This document shows positions 9,213 through 17,710 of a stretch of DNA of 64,000 bases, in pieces. A program made the position numbers and the translations under genes. Within the stretch, counting starts at the first letter, position 1; every line of letters begins with the position of its first letter. The DNA is taken from positions 9,032 to 73,031 of the forward strand of contig DGTR01000020.1 of the NCBI GenBank assembly GCA_002394395.1. The letters are read 5' to 3'. Source of the stretch: Bacteroidales bacterium UBA4331. Its GTDB lineage: Bacteria > Bacteroidota > Bacteroidia > Bacteroidales > Paludibacteraceae. The notes beneath the pieces were generated by a model. That model had not been told where the DNA came from. It ran no database searches and saw nothing but the letters and a program-made list of their open reading frames with translations.

Positions 9213-10559
9213 TTAATCGCCTATATACGCGCGAACGCAACGGAATCCAATGTACGGACGGCTCTCGTACTGATACTCATACGTACGAACACCGCACTGC
9301 ATGAAGTAACTGATATCTTTCCAACTACCACCTTTTACGACTTTGCGTTTCAGGATGTCCGGATCAGCTTTACGAGCCATATAGCTATAATCCGGATTCA
9401 AGTCATGGATATGCGTATTCGCTGCACTTTGATATGCAGAGTTAGTCCACTCGGACACGTTTCCTGCCATATCAAACAGACCGAAATCATTCGGACGGAA
9501 CTGAGCTACCTTCATCGTGGTAGTTCCGGTATCATCGTTGTATGCACCACGATAAGGTTTGAAGTTAGCAAAGAAGCAACCCTTACCGTCACGTGCATAG
9601 TTACTACCCCAAGGATACATCGCCATCTTGCGGCCGCCACGAGCAGCATACTCCCACTGAGCCTCGGTCGGCAGACGGTACTCGTTCACCTCCAGCGCAG
9701 AATTCATATTAAAGAGTTTGGTACGCCAGTTACAGAAGGCATGCGCCTGCTCCCAAGTCACACCGACAACAGGGTACTCCGAGTAACCGGGGTGCTTGAA
9801 ATACATGTGCAGCAACGGATCATTATACGAGAACTGGAAGTCACGTGCCCATACCAAAGTATCGGGATAGATACAAATGATTTTCTCCGTAAGCAGGTCT
9901 TTCGGCTCACGAAGCGGACGGATGATGGTCGAATCCTGGATCTCATTATTGGCATTAACCCAGAAAGTATCCACACGAGCGGTTGCTCCGGGAGGATAAG
10001 TACTGGTAGCCACATCGAATTTATTACGTTGCGGCAGCGCCTCATCCATATTCACCCAGTTGTAGCGGTAATGCAGATTATTTGTATTCAACCCGCCATC
10101 CGAGTAGAACATCGACGACAAAGCATCAACAACATCTTCCTCTTTGCTTTTCCATGGCACTTTCCTGCTCCAATTGATGCGGAAGTTTTCCTCATCGAAG
10201 TCTTCATCCTTCGGCTGAATAGCATAATCCGTCATGCCGGCTGCAATCAGATTAGTTAAAGCGATGGAGTCACGAACCCAGTCTACGAACTGATGGTACT
10301 CGTTGTTGGTGATTTCAGTCTCATCCATCCAGAAAGCATCGACAGTTACCATAATCACATTGTCCGGCTGCTCAAAGACAGCTGACTGAGTATTGGCACC
10401 CATCATAAAACTACCTTTCTTGATAAACAACATACCATAAGGATTAGCCTCCTTAAAATTGGTAGACTTGCGAACTCCCACGAGTTCACCAGCCGGTTTG
10501 TTGCAACCCGCCATTAACAACGCTAACGCGATGAACGGCAAAATCTTACTCATTTTCAT
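9213..10559 (-). CDS. gldK: T9SS lipoprotein GldK/PorK (FGE-sulfatase fold)
   Basis: 448 aa; lipobox LLMAGC; formylglycine-enzyme-like C-terminus (VVKGGSWKD, GFRCV). Confidence 0.9.
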   Translation of the reverse strand: MKMSKILPFIALALLMAGCNKPAGELVGVRKSTNFKEANPYGMLFIKKGSFMMGANTQSAVFEQPDNVIMVTVDAFWMDETEITNNEYHQFVDWVRDSIALTNLIAAGMTDYAIQPKDEDFDEENFRINWSRKVPWKSKEEDVVDALSSMFYSDGGLNTNNLHYRYNWVNMDEALPQRNKFDVATSTYPPGATARVDTFWVNANNEIQDSTIIRPLREPKDLLTEKIICIYPDTLVWARDFQFSYNDPLLHMYFKHPGYSEYPVVGVTWEQAHAFCNWRTKLFNMNSALEVNEYRLPTEAQWEYAARGGRKMAMYPWGSNYARDGKGCFFANFKPYRGAYNDDTGTTTMKVAQFRPNDFGLFDMAGNVSEWTNSAYQSAANTHIHDLNPDYSYMARKADPDILKRKVVKGGSWKDISYFMQCGVRTYEYQYESRPYIGFRCVRAYIGD

Positions 10560-10561
10560 AC

Positions 10562-11527
10562 TTACAAGTATCTAATTGATTTATATTTATTCGTTCTTTT
10601 AGGCTTCAGGATGTCAAATCCGTATGCTAAATATATTTCGTGACTTCCATAACTCTCCAGCAGCAGTTTGTTGGTGGGCAGTTCACAACTATAGCCCAAC
10701 TGCAGCCCGGAAATAATATCTATACCTAATAGTATATTTACACTACCTAATACGCGATAACCTAATCCCCACCGGTATCGGTCTTTATAATCGCACATCA
10801 GCGTAAGGTTCAAATCCCAACTCTTAAAATCACTCATCAGCATGGCACTCGGTGTCAGAACCCACTCCTTATAATTCTTCAGTCGGAAGCGATAACCACC
10901 GGTTGCATACATCGTTCCTACCAGAGTAACTATCTGTTGTACACCCGTCGTTCCGTCGCTCCAATCAATTTGAGGCCGAATCAGATGGCTGTAGCTCAAC
11001 CCTACCCACCAGACCGGAGTACAGTAATAAACTCCTATTCCCATATCGAACTTCATTCCCGATTTACTTCCCGTAGGAATCGCCTCATCGTTCGTCTCGT
11101 GGTAATCATCGCCCATCTTACTGAGGTTTACCGAATCACCCTTAAACCCCACATTCACGAACCCCAAGTCCAATCCGGCGCTCAAATAGCCTTTCCCTAA
11201 CTTCTGGCGATAAGCATACTGAGCATAGAGCGATTGGGTGGTGAATAAACCGTACCGATCATTCAGGAATCGTACTCCTGCACCATGTGAAGTCTTGCCT
11301 ATCACAAACGGCGAACTGAAACTGAACCAAGTGCTCATCGGTGCGTTGGTAATATCCACATATTGCATGCGGTGCATTCCCGCTACCTTCATCAGATCGC
11401 CTTCTCCCACCGCTGCGGGATTGTAGGCAGCCTGCATATACATATATTGCCCCATTTGCGGGTCAAACTGCGCGCTCGCAGTCAAAACGGCCAAAAGCCC
11501 AAACAAAAGTGCAATACGCCTTTTCAC
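10562..11527 (-). CDS. porP: PorP/SprF-family T9SS outer-membrane protein
   Basis: 321 aa; signal peptide then AQFDPQMGQYMYMQAAYNPAAVG, the PorP/SprF N-terminal signature; directly upstream of porK. Confidence 0.85.
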   Translation of the reverse strand: MKRRIALLFGLLAVLTASAQFDPQMGQYMYMQAAYNPAAVGEGDLMKVAGMHRMQYVDITNAPMSTWFSFSSPFVIGKTSHGAGVRFLNDRYGLFTTQSLYAQYAYRQKLGKGYLSAGLDLGFVNVGFKGDSVNLSKMGDDYHETNDEAIPTGSKSGMKFDMGIGVYYCTPVWWVGLSYSHLIRPQIDWSDGTTGVQQIVTLVGTMYATGGYRFRLKNYKEWVLTPSAMLMSDFKSWDLNLTLMCDYKDRYRWGLGYRVLGSVNILLGIDIISGLQLGYSCELPTNKLLLESYGSHEIYLAYGFDILKPKRTNKYKSIRYL

Positions 11528-11530
11528 TAA

Positions 11531-11758
11531 TTAGTACTCCTCTTCGTTGTACATATAGTCATCATCGTTAGTAGGGAAATCAGGCCAAATATCCAAGATA
11601 CTTTCATACTGTTCTTCGTCATCTCCCTCCAACTCATTCAGGTTCTCAATCACTTCCAAAGGAAGCCCCTCACGATTGGCATAATCCAATAGTTCATCCT
11701 TCGTCGCCGGCCATGGCGCGTCGTCCAATCTTGATGCTAATTCTAATGTCCAATACAT
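11531..11758 (-). CDS. small acidic protein (DUF2795-like)
   Basis: 75 aa, PWPATKDELLDYA motif; first ORF after a TACTTTTG -7 box at 11782-11789. Confidence 0.55.
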   Translation of the reverse strand: MYWTLELASRLDDAPWPATKDELLDYANREGLPLEVIENLNELEGDDEEQYESILDIWPDFPTNDDDYMYNEEEY

Positions 11759-11781
11759 ACGCGTTTATACAAAAAATCGTG

Positions 11782-11789
11782 CAAAAGTA
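11782..11789 (-). promoter_or_regulatory. Bacteroidetes -7 box TACTTTTG for the DUF2795-porPKLMN... operon
   Basis: Matches TAnnTTTG; 23 nt upstream of ATG 11758. Confidence 0.6.
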
Positions 11790-11834
11790 GTAAATTTATT
11801 CGAACCGTGCAAATATTTTATGCAATAATTTACA

Positions 11835-11884
11835 ATTTTCGGCAATTTTTACACCTTATTACCATTTTCCGTCAATTTTTACAC
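11835..11884. repeat. direct repeat ATTTTC(C)GKCAATTTTTACAC x2, period ~30, upstream of the T9SS operon promoter
   Basis: CAATTTTTACAC is exact at 11843-11854 and 11873-11884. Confidence 0.85.
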
Positions 11885-11887
11885 ATA

Positions 11888-12442
11888 TTATGCTTGGTTC
11901 CAGCTATATTCCTCCTCATTAGCAAGATGACTGACATAACGGGCTGAAACGAACAAAAAGTCACTTAAACGGTTGATATATTGGAGTAGTGTCAAATCGG
12001 CATTCGCTGCAATCATTTTTCGCTCTGCGCGACGGCAAACGGTACGGCAAATATGACATCTGCAGACCGGTTCGCTACCCATGGGAAGAATAAATGCTTT
12101 TTGCTTCGGAACGATAGCCTGCATCTCGTCAATCCAAGTCTCCAGAACATGAATATCTTCCTCTGAGATCCACTCTCCGGGCGCCTCGCTAAGTGCAGCT
12201 CCGAGATTGAAGAGTTTGTTTTGCACCCGAGACAGCTGTTCCTGTGTTTTCTTTATAGATTCTGACACTTTCGCAGTACTAAGCACGGTGGAATCCGATA
12301 ATGAAGCCCTAAGCATGCCTACCCAGCTATTGAGTTCATCGACCGTTCCATACGCCTCGATACGAGCGTCTGTCTTGGTTACACGGGCTCCCGAAGCCAG
12401 GGACGTCTCTCCCTTGTCCCCCGTTTTTGTATAAATAGCCAT
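11888..12442 (-). CDS. ATP:cob(I)alamin adenosyltransferase, PduO type
   Basis: 184 aa; IYTKTGDKGETSL and EAYGTVDELNS motifs. Confidence 0.9.
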   Translation of the reverse strand: MAIYTKTGDKGETSLASGARVTKTDARIEAYGTVDELNSWVGMLRASLSDSTVLSTAKVSESIKKTQEQLSRVQNKLFNLGAALSEAPGEWISEEDIHVLETWIDEMQAIVPKQKAFILPMGSEPVCRCHICRTVCRRAERKMIAANADLTLLQYINRLSDFLFVSARYVSHLANEEEYSWNQA

Positions 12443-12470
12443 AAGATGTTTAATATTTGGTATTTAGTGT

Positions 12471-13304
12471 TTATATGCGGATTTTATAGTGGCGTTTAAG
12501 ATAATGAGGATCAACGAATACAAGTCCGAGATGATAAAGATCCATCGTGGTGGTCACACGCGGATCGGCTTTCATTTCATGCCATGCACGCTCCATCTCT
12601 TCGGAATAATGAATATCATCGATAGCCAGTACACCCTTTTGATTCAGCCGTTCCAACAGAAAGTCGGCATATCGCATTGTTGCTTCATACGTATGGTTCG
12701 CGTCCACATAAGCAATATCTACGCGCGCGGGCGCGTTATTTAATAAGGAATGGTCTAAGTTCAATAAAGTTTGGTCGATATTGCCTTCAATCCAACGGAT
12801 ATTCTCCAGTTTAAGCGCTCGCCAGACGCCTTGCGCGACCTTGAGAACCTCGCCGCTTCCTTCGTATGTCTGAACGGCATTTCTACTATCGGCACTTGCC
12901 AAATAAGCAGTCGTAATGCCGAATGACGTTCCTAATTCTACGATCTCCAGCGGCCGTTTCTCATGCTCACCTACCCAGTTAACAAGTCTAAACAAGAGCT
13001 GTCCTACTTCGGGCCGCTCGAGATGGTTTTTTGCTATGTCTGAGACTTTCCTACGAACACGTTTTCCATCTTTGGAACCTTGCGAACCAAAATCCACCAC
13101 ATCCAACTCATCCTCACACGCCTTCAGGAACTCTCGTCTGCGCTCGATATCCGTAAAACAGTAGTAGGCGTTTCGATCCCGTAGGATGAAACGCACCAAC
13201 TCAAATAAATACGGCGAATGGATACCCTCACCGGTGGTATTCCAGGAGGAAAAGAAGTGCTTTATGAAGGCACAGATACTATGAATTTGAGCACTTTTTG
13301 CCAT
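12471..13304 (-). CDS. class I SAM-dependent methyltransferase
   Basis: 277 aa; motif I-like VELGTSFG; O-methyltransferase-like layout. Confidence 0.65.
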   Translation of the reverse strand: MAKSAQIHSICAFIKHFFSSWNTTGEGIHSPYLFELVRFILRDRNAYYCFTDIERRREFLKACEDELDVVDFGSQGSKDGKRVRRKVSDIAKNHLERPEVGQLLFRLVNWVGEHEKRPLEIVELGTSFGITTAYLASADSRNAVQTYEGSGEVLKVAQGVWRALKLENIRWIEGNIDQTLLNLDHSLLNNAPARVDIAYVDANHTYEATMRYADFLLERLNQKGVLAIDDIHYSEEMERAWHEMKADPRVTTTMDLYHLGLVFVDPHYLKRHYKIRI

Positions 13305-13312
13305 TTATGGTG

Positions 13313-13360
13313 CAAAATTACTAAATTATTTGCATATATGCAAAAAAAAGTGTACTTTTG
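13313..13360. promoter_or_regulatory. divergent promoter pair around the TTTGCATATATGCAAA palindrome
   Basis: TAATTTTG (minus, 13313-13320), palindrome 13329-13344, TACTTTTG (plus, 13353-13360). Both boxes are 4-8 nt from their start codons. Confidence 0.6.
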
Positions 13361-13364
13361 TGGC

Positions 13365-14597
13365 ATGATTTTGAATTATATTTGGATTTCGCTCATTTTG
13401 CTGGCCATTTTAATGGGTTTGGTGCAAGCAATTTGTTATGGAAACGTAGATATCTTCTCTACGATTCTCAACTCTACTTTTGATAGTGCCAAGACGGGCT
13501 TTGAGCTGTCTATCGGCCTCACCGGTGTCTTATCGCTTTGGATGGGGATCATGAAGATTGGAGAGAAAGCAGGAGCTGTCAATACGCTGGGTAAAGCCAT
13601 CAATCCGTTCTTCAGTCGCATCTTTCCTGATATACCCAAAGGTCATCCTGTTTTCGGCACAATGTTGATGAATATCGCAGCAAACATGCTTGGATTGGAC
13701 AATGCTGCCACGCCGATGGGACTCAAGGCTATGGGTGAGTTGCAGGAGTTGAATACCGATAAGACGAAGGCTTCCAATGCGATGATCATGTTCGTGGTAT
13801 TAGGAGCAAGCGGCCTGACGCTTATCCCGACGACCATCATGGCTTATCGTGCCCAGTTAGGAGCGGCAAATCCTGCCGATGTCTTCCTGCCGATTCTCAT
13901 CGCTACATACGTAGCGACCTTAGTGGGGCTCATTTGCGTCTGCATCGCCCAAAAGATCAAAATGAAAGACCCCGTCGTAATCGGAACCTTGGTTGGTCTG
14001 ACGGCTTTGGTTGGACTCTTGGTTTGGGCGGCTACCCTACTCTCTCCGCATGCGCTCTCCGTCGTTTCGGCCGCCATCGCAGCAATCCTGCTGTTAGGCG
14101 TGATCTGTTGGTTTATCATCCAGGCGATGTGCAAGAAGATCAACGTCTATGATGCTTTTATCGACGGAGCGAAAGGTGGTTTCCAGACGGCCATCGGTAT
14201 TATTCCTTACCTCATTGCAATCTTGGTGGCAGTCGGTATGTTCCGTGCTTGCGGCGCGATGGATTTGTTGGAGCGGGGTATCGCCTGGTGTTTCGCGGCA
14301 TGCGGCATCAATCCTGATCTGGCAGGCGCAGTACCGACCGCGCTAATGAAACCCCTCTCCGGCAGCGGAGCACGAGGGCTGATGTTGGAAGCCATGACGA
14401 CGCACGGAGCCGATAGTCTCGTAGGACGGCTATGCTGTATCCTACAAGGCACGACGGACACGACGTTCTATGTACTCGCCGTCTATTTTGGCTCCGTGAA
14501 TATTAAAGATACACGGCACGCCGTGGCATGTTGTTTGTTGGCAGATTTAGCAGGAGCTATTGCGGCTTTTGCCATCGCTCCGGTCTTTTTTGGATGA
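13365..14597 (+). CDS. nucleoside-recognition-domain membrane protein (SpmA/SpmB-like fusion)
   Basis: Start taken at ATG 13365 (MILNYIWISL...), just after the -7 box at 13353-13360. Polytopic membrane protein; the track ORF from 13218 overlaps the divergent gene. Confidence 0.7.
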   Translation: MILNYIWISLILLAILMGLVQAICYGNVDIFSTILNSTFDSAKTGFELSIGLTGVLSLWMGIMKIGEKAGAVNTLGKAINPFFSRIFPDIPKGHPVFGTMLMNIAANMLGLDNAATPMGLKAMGELQELNTDKTKASNAMIMFVVLGASGLTLIPTTIMAYRAQLGAANPADVFLPILIATYVATLVGLICVCIAQKIKMKDPVVIGTLVGLTALVGLLVWAATLLSPHALSVVSAAIAAILLLGVICWFIIQAMCKKINVYDAFIDGAKGGFQTAIGIIPYLIAILVAVGMFRACGAMDLLERGIAWCFAACGINPDLAGAVPTALMKPLSGSGARGLMLEAMTTHGADSLVGRLCCILQGTTDTTFYVLAVYFGSVNIKDTRHAVACCLLADLAGAIAAFAIAPVFFG

Positions 14598-14616
14598 CAA
14601 AGAGACAATTACTCCA

Positions 14617-14641
14617 GTATTATATACTGTGTATATAATAC
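14617..14641 (+). terminator. AT-rich perfect hairpin after the SpmA/B-like gene
   Basis: GTATTATATAC-TGT-GTATATAATAC, 11-bp stem; no T-tract. Confidence 0.35.
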
Positions 14642-14676
14642 CAACGATATAAAGAGCGACCATTACCGCGTGAAAC

Positions 14677-14720
14677 GTTAGAGATTAGTTAGTTATAAGT
14701 TAGATATTAGTTAGATATTA
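14677..14720. repeat. tandem 11-mer GTTAGATATTA x4 (2 exact, 2 degenerate), intergenic upstream of ybeY
   Basis: Units at 14677, 14688, 14699 and 14710. The same unit family recurs at 49068-49111. Confidence 0.95.
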
Positions 14721-14753
14721 CCGGAGGGTATTCGGAATAATTACAGGATAAAT

Positions 14754-15167
14754 ATGGTATCATTCATAGCGGATAGTATAGAAATGCCTGCACTCGATGA
14801 GCGCAAGGTGACTCGTTGGATCCGGTCGGTAGCCGCCGATTATAACTTTGCCGTGGGAAACATCAATTATATCTTCTGCTCTGATGAGCGGGAGTTGGAG
14901 GTCAACCGCCAGTTTCTGGGACATGACTATTACACGGATGTCATCACCTTCGACTACTCCACTCCCTCTACCCTGAGCGGCGACATCTTCATTTCTCTGG
15001 ACACCGTCCGCTCCAATGCGGAAATGGTCGGCACTTCTTTTGAGAACGAACTGCTCCGCATCCTCATCCACGGTGTGCTACATCTAACGGGACAGGGCGA
15101 CAAAACCCCCGAGACAAAGGCGCAGATGACTGCCAAAGAAGAACACGCGTTGGCGTTGTATAAATAA
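14754..15167 (+). CDS. ybeY: rRNA maturation endoribonuclease YbeY
   Basis: 137 aa; metal-binding motif HGVLHLTGQGD. Confidence 0.9.
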   Translation: MVSFIADSIEMPALDERKVTRWIRSVAADYNFAVGNINYIFCSDERELEVNRQFLGHDYYTDVITFDYSTPSTLSGDIFISLDTVRSNAEMVGTSFENELLRILIHGVLHLTGQGDKTPETKAQMTAKEEHALALYK

Positions 15168-15186
15168 GAACATAATTTACTTAGAT

Positions 15187-16833
15187 ATGAAAAAGGTATT
15201 ACTTATTGCAAGTCTGTTTTGGATGGTTTCATCCGTGAGCGCAGTCACTTACTGCGCGAGTGCCCCATGGGGTTATGGCAAGAGCGCTACCGGAGGCGGC
15301 AATGCCACTCCTATGCTGGTCTCTACAGAGAGTGGACTGAAGTCTGCATTGAAGAATGACAACAAAGTGATCATCATCACGCAGAATATCTCTCTCAGCG
15401 GTTCGCAGATCGAATGCTCCAAGAGCAATATCACCCTCATGGCTCTGCCGGGAGTGAAACTGATCTCAACCAAACAGACCCAAAATACATCGGGTATCTT
15501 GTCCTTCAAAGGCTCGAATATCATCCTGCGGAACCTCACATTTGAAGGGCCCGGCGCATATGACGTGAACGGCAATGACAACCTGACGCTAAGTGGTGCA
15601 AAGAACGTCTGGGTGGACCATTGCGATTTCCAGGATGGTATGGACGGTAACTTCGACATCAACGGTAAAGCCGATAATATCACCGTCACATGGTGCCGAT
15701 TCCGATACTTCAAAGACCCTAAATCCGGCGGATCGGGAGGTGCCAGCGACCACCGCTTTACGAACCTCATCGGCTCTGACAGTGGCGATAAGCCTGCTGA
15801 CGGCACATATAACATCACCTACGGCTATTGCTGGTGGGACGAAGGCTGCCGCGAACGTATGCCGCGTGTTCGCAATGCGAGTCTGCATTTCGTCAATTGC
15901 TACTGGAACAGTTCCGTAGCGAACTACTATATCGGTCCGGAGAACGCGGATTGCCGTTTTGAGGGTTGTACTTTCGAAGGTGCACCCAAGACCGCTAAGA
16001 TATTCTACCAGAACTACGGAGGAACAAACGGTTCCATCTATACCAACTGCGTGGCAACCAAAGGTCTTCCGTCGAATGTAACGGGCAGAACGGTTGCATC
16101 CATCAGTTATACATATCCGGAAGTATTGAGTGCCGCGGATGGCAAGACGGCGGTAACCAACAACACCTGCGGTGCAGGCGCCACGCTGAGTGTGACGAAC
16201 GAAGGCGCCGTCTCCTCTTCCTGCGATAGCGGAGAAGGCGGTGGTGAAGGCGGCGGTCAAGGCGGCGGTCAAGGCGGCGACCCTATCATCGTTGATGGAG
16301 ACTGCTGTGTCAGCTTAGCGAAAGGCGCAGAACCGAGTGTGGCGAACGGAGGAATCCCCACGGACTTTGCCCAATTGGCCATCACGGTCAATAACACTGG
16401 TAGCACATGGGAGGCAGACTACTTCAACATGGGTAAGAACGCTGACTACATCACCTTTGATTTCTCTGCTTACGCTGCGTCTATAGAGGCGGTAGAGTTC
16501 GATGTGACTATCCCGAATTGGGCGGAAAACAAGAACACCATCGCCTATCATTGGAACAACAACGCCAACACAACCTATACTATCTCAAGTTCCGCCAAAG
16601 AAATGGTACAGTTGACCGCACCGGAAGGAGCCAAATCCTTCACTATCCAGCGCTCGGCAGGTACTGGCACACGGATCAGTGAGGTGTGCTTCCAGATAGA
16701 AGGCAACGAGCCCACAGAGAACATCCAACCGGTAGTTTCCAAACCAACAGCGCGTAAAATAATTCGCGATGGAAGGATCCTAATCATTCGCGATGGAAAG
16801 ACGTATGACATATTAGGAAGACCTGTGAGATAA
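15187..16833 (+). CDS. secreted pectate lyase (PL1-like) with extra C-terminal domain and T9SS-type tail
   Basis: Signal peptide; VWVDHCDF..DG and RMPRVR...HFVNCYW blocks; Gly-rich linker; tail KIIRDGRILIIRDGKTYDILGRPVR. Confidence 0.8.
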   Translation: MKKVLLIASLFWMVSSVSAVTYCASAPWGYGKSATGGGNATPMLVSTESGLKSALKNDNKVIIITQNISLSGSQIECSKSNITLMALPGVKLISTKQTQNTSGILSFKGSNIILRNLTFEGPGAYDVNGNDNLTLSGAKNVWVDHCDFQDGMDGNFDINGKADNITVTWCRFRYFKDPKSGGSGGASDHRFTNLIGSDSGDKPADGTYNITYGYCWWDEGCRERMPRVRNASLHFVNCYWNSSVANYYIGPENADCRFEGCTFEGAPKTAKIFYQNYGGTNGSIYTNCVATKGLPSNVTGRTVASISYTYPEVLSAADGKTAVTNNTCGAGATLSVTNEGAVSSSCDSGEGGGEGGGQGGGQGGDPIIVDGDCCVSLAKGAEPSVANGGIPTDFAQLAITVNNTGSTWEADYFNMGKNADYITFDFSAYAASIEAVEFDVTIPNWAENKNTIAYHWNNNANTTYTISSSAKEMVQLTAPEGAKSFTIQRSAGTGTRISEVCFQIEGNEPTENIQPVVSKPTARKIIRDGRILIIRDGKTYDILGRPVR

Positions 16834-16850
16834 CACCTCGGGTACAAACA

Positions 16851-16912
16851 ACAAGAATGGCGGCTCTTATGTGAGTCGCCATTCTTGTATAGATCAGCCA
16901 TGCTTGGCTGAT
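16851..16912. terminator. two hairpins between convergent genes (pectate lyase / sdhB)
   Basis: ACAAGAATGGCG...CGCCATTCTTGT (16851-16888) and ATCAGCCA-TGCT-TGGCTGAT (16893-16912). Confidence 0.6.
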
Positions 16913-16914
16913 AC

Positions 16915-17670
16915 TTAGTCTTTGAATTTCGCAGCGAGGAACTCGCGGTTGAGGCGAGCGATGTTCGCGAGCGAAACAGACTTAGGACACTCTGCAGCAC
17001 ATGCACCGGTGTTGGTACAGTTACCAAAACCGAGTTCGTCCATCTTAGCCACCATCGCTTTGGCACGAGCAGCAGCCTCGATCTTACCTTGCGGCAGGAG
17101 TGCAAGTTGGCTTACCTTCGCAGCAACGAAGAGCATTGCGGAACCATTCTTACAAGCCGCAGCACAGGCGCCGCAACCGATACAAGATGCCGCATCCATC
17201 GCCTCGTCAGCAACTGGCTTTGGAATAGGAATTGCGTTTGCGTCGGGTACACCGCCGGTATTGACGGAAACGAATCCGCCGGCTTGCATAATCTTGTCAT
17301 ACGCGCCACGATCTACCATCAGGTCTTTGATTACCGGGAACGCACGGCTGCGCCACGGCTCAACGGTGATGGTCTCGCCGTCGTGGAACTTACGCATGTG
17401 CAGCTGGCATGTAGTGATGGCGCTGTCTGGTCCGTGCGGGTGTCCGTTAACGTACATCGAGCACATTCCGCAGATACCCTCACGACAGTCGTGATCATAG
17501 GTAACAGGGTCTTTATGCTCAGCAACAAGTTGCTCGTTGAGAATATCGATCATCTCCAGGAACGAAGCACCTTGGAATACATGTTTCAGCTCGTAGGTCT
17601 CGAAATGACCTTGCGCTTTAGGGCCGGCCTGACGCCATACCCGTACTTTGATATCAATATACTGATCCAT
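16915..17670 (-). CDS. sdhB: succinate dehydrogenase/fumarate reductase iron-sulfur subunit
   Basis: 251 aa; Cys clusters [20 protein letters not shown] and [12 protein letters not shown]. Confidence 0.93.
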   Translation of the reverse strand: MDQYIDIKVRVWRQAGPKAQGHFETYELKHVFQGASFLEMIDILNEQLVAEHKDPVTYDHDCREGICGMCSMYVNGHPHGPDSAITTCQLHMRKFHDGETITVEPWRSRAFPVIKDLMVDRGAYDKIMQAGGFVSVNTGGVPDANAIPIPKPVADEAMDAASCIGCGACAAACKNGSAMLFVAAKVSQLALLPQGKIEAAARAKAMVAKMDELGFGNCTNTGACAAECPKSVSLANIARLNREFLAAKFKD

Positions 17671-17675
17671 AAAAC

Positions 17676-17710
17676 TATTTACGATTTAATCATTTACCAT
17701 TTGGTCATTT
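17676..17710. repeat. second locus of the CATTTACCATTTGGT 15-mer (1 exact, 1 degenerate, 1 partial), in the sdhA-sdhB spacer
   Basis: Exact copy at 17691-17705, degenerate copy at 17676-17690 (11/15), partial CATTT at 17706-17710. Confidence 0.9.

Noticed and set aside
8221-9240. Long form of gldL (339 aa) and long forms of other track ORFs (13218, 59336, 46180 starts)
   Set aside because: The N-terminal extensions overlap the upstream or divergent gene, or lie upstream of the -7 box. Internal ATGs (9165, 13365, 59603, 46099) give canonical N-termini.
16231-16278. 12-nt repeat (GGTSAAGGCGGC x4) in the pectate lyase gene
   Set aside because: It is an in-frame Gly-rich interdomain linker (GEGGGEGGGQGGGQGG), a common protein-level feature, so it is not counted with the stutter family.
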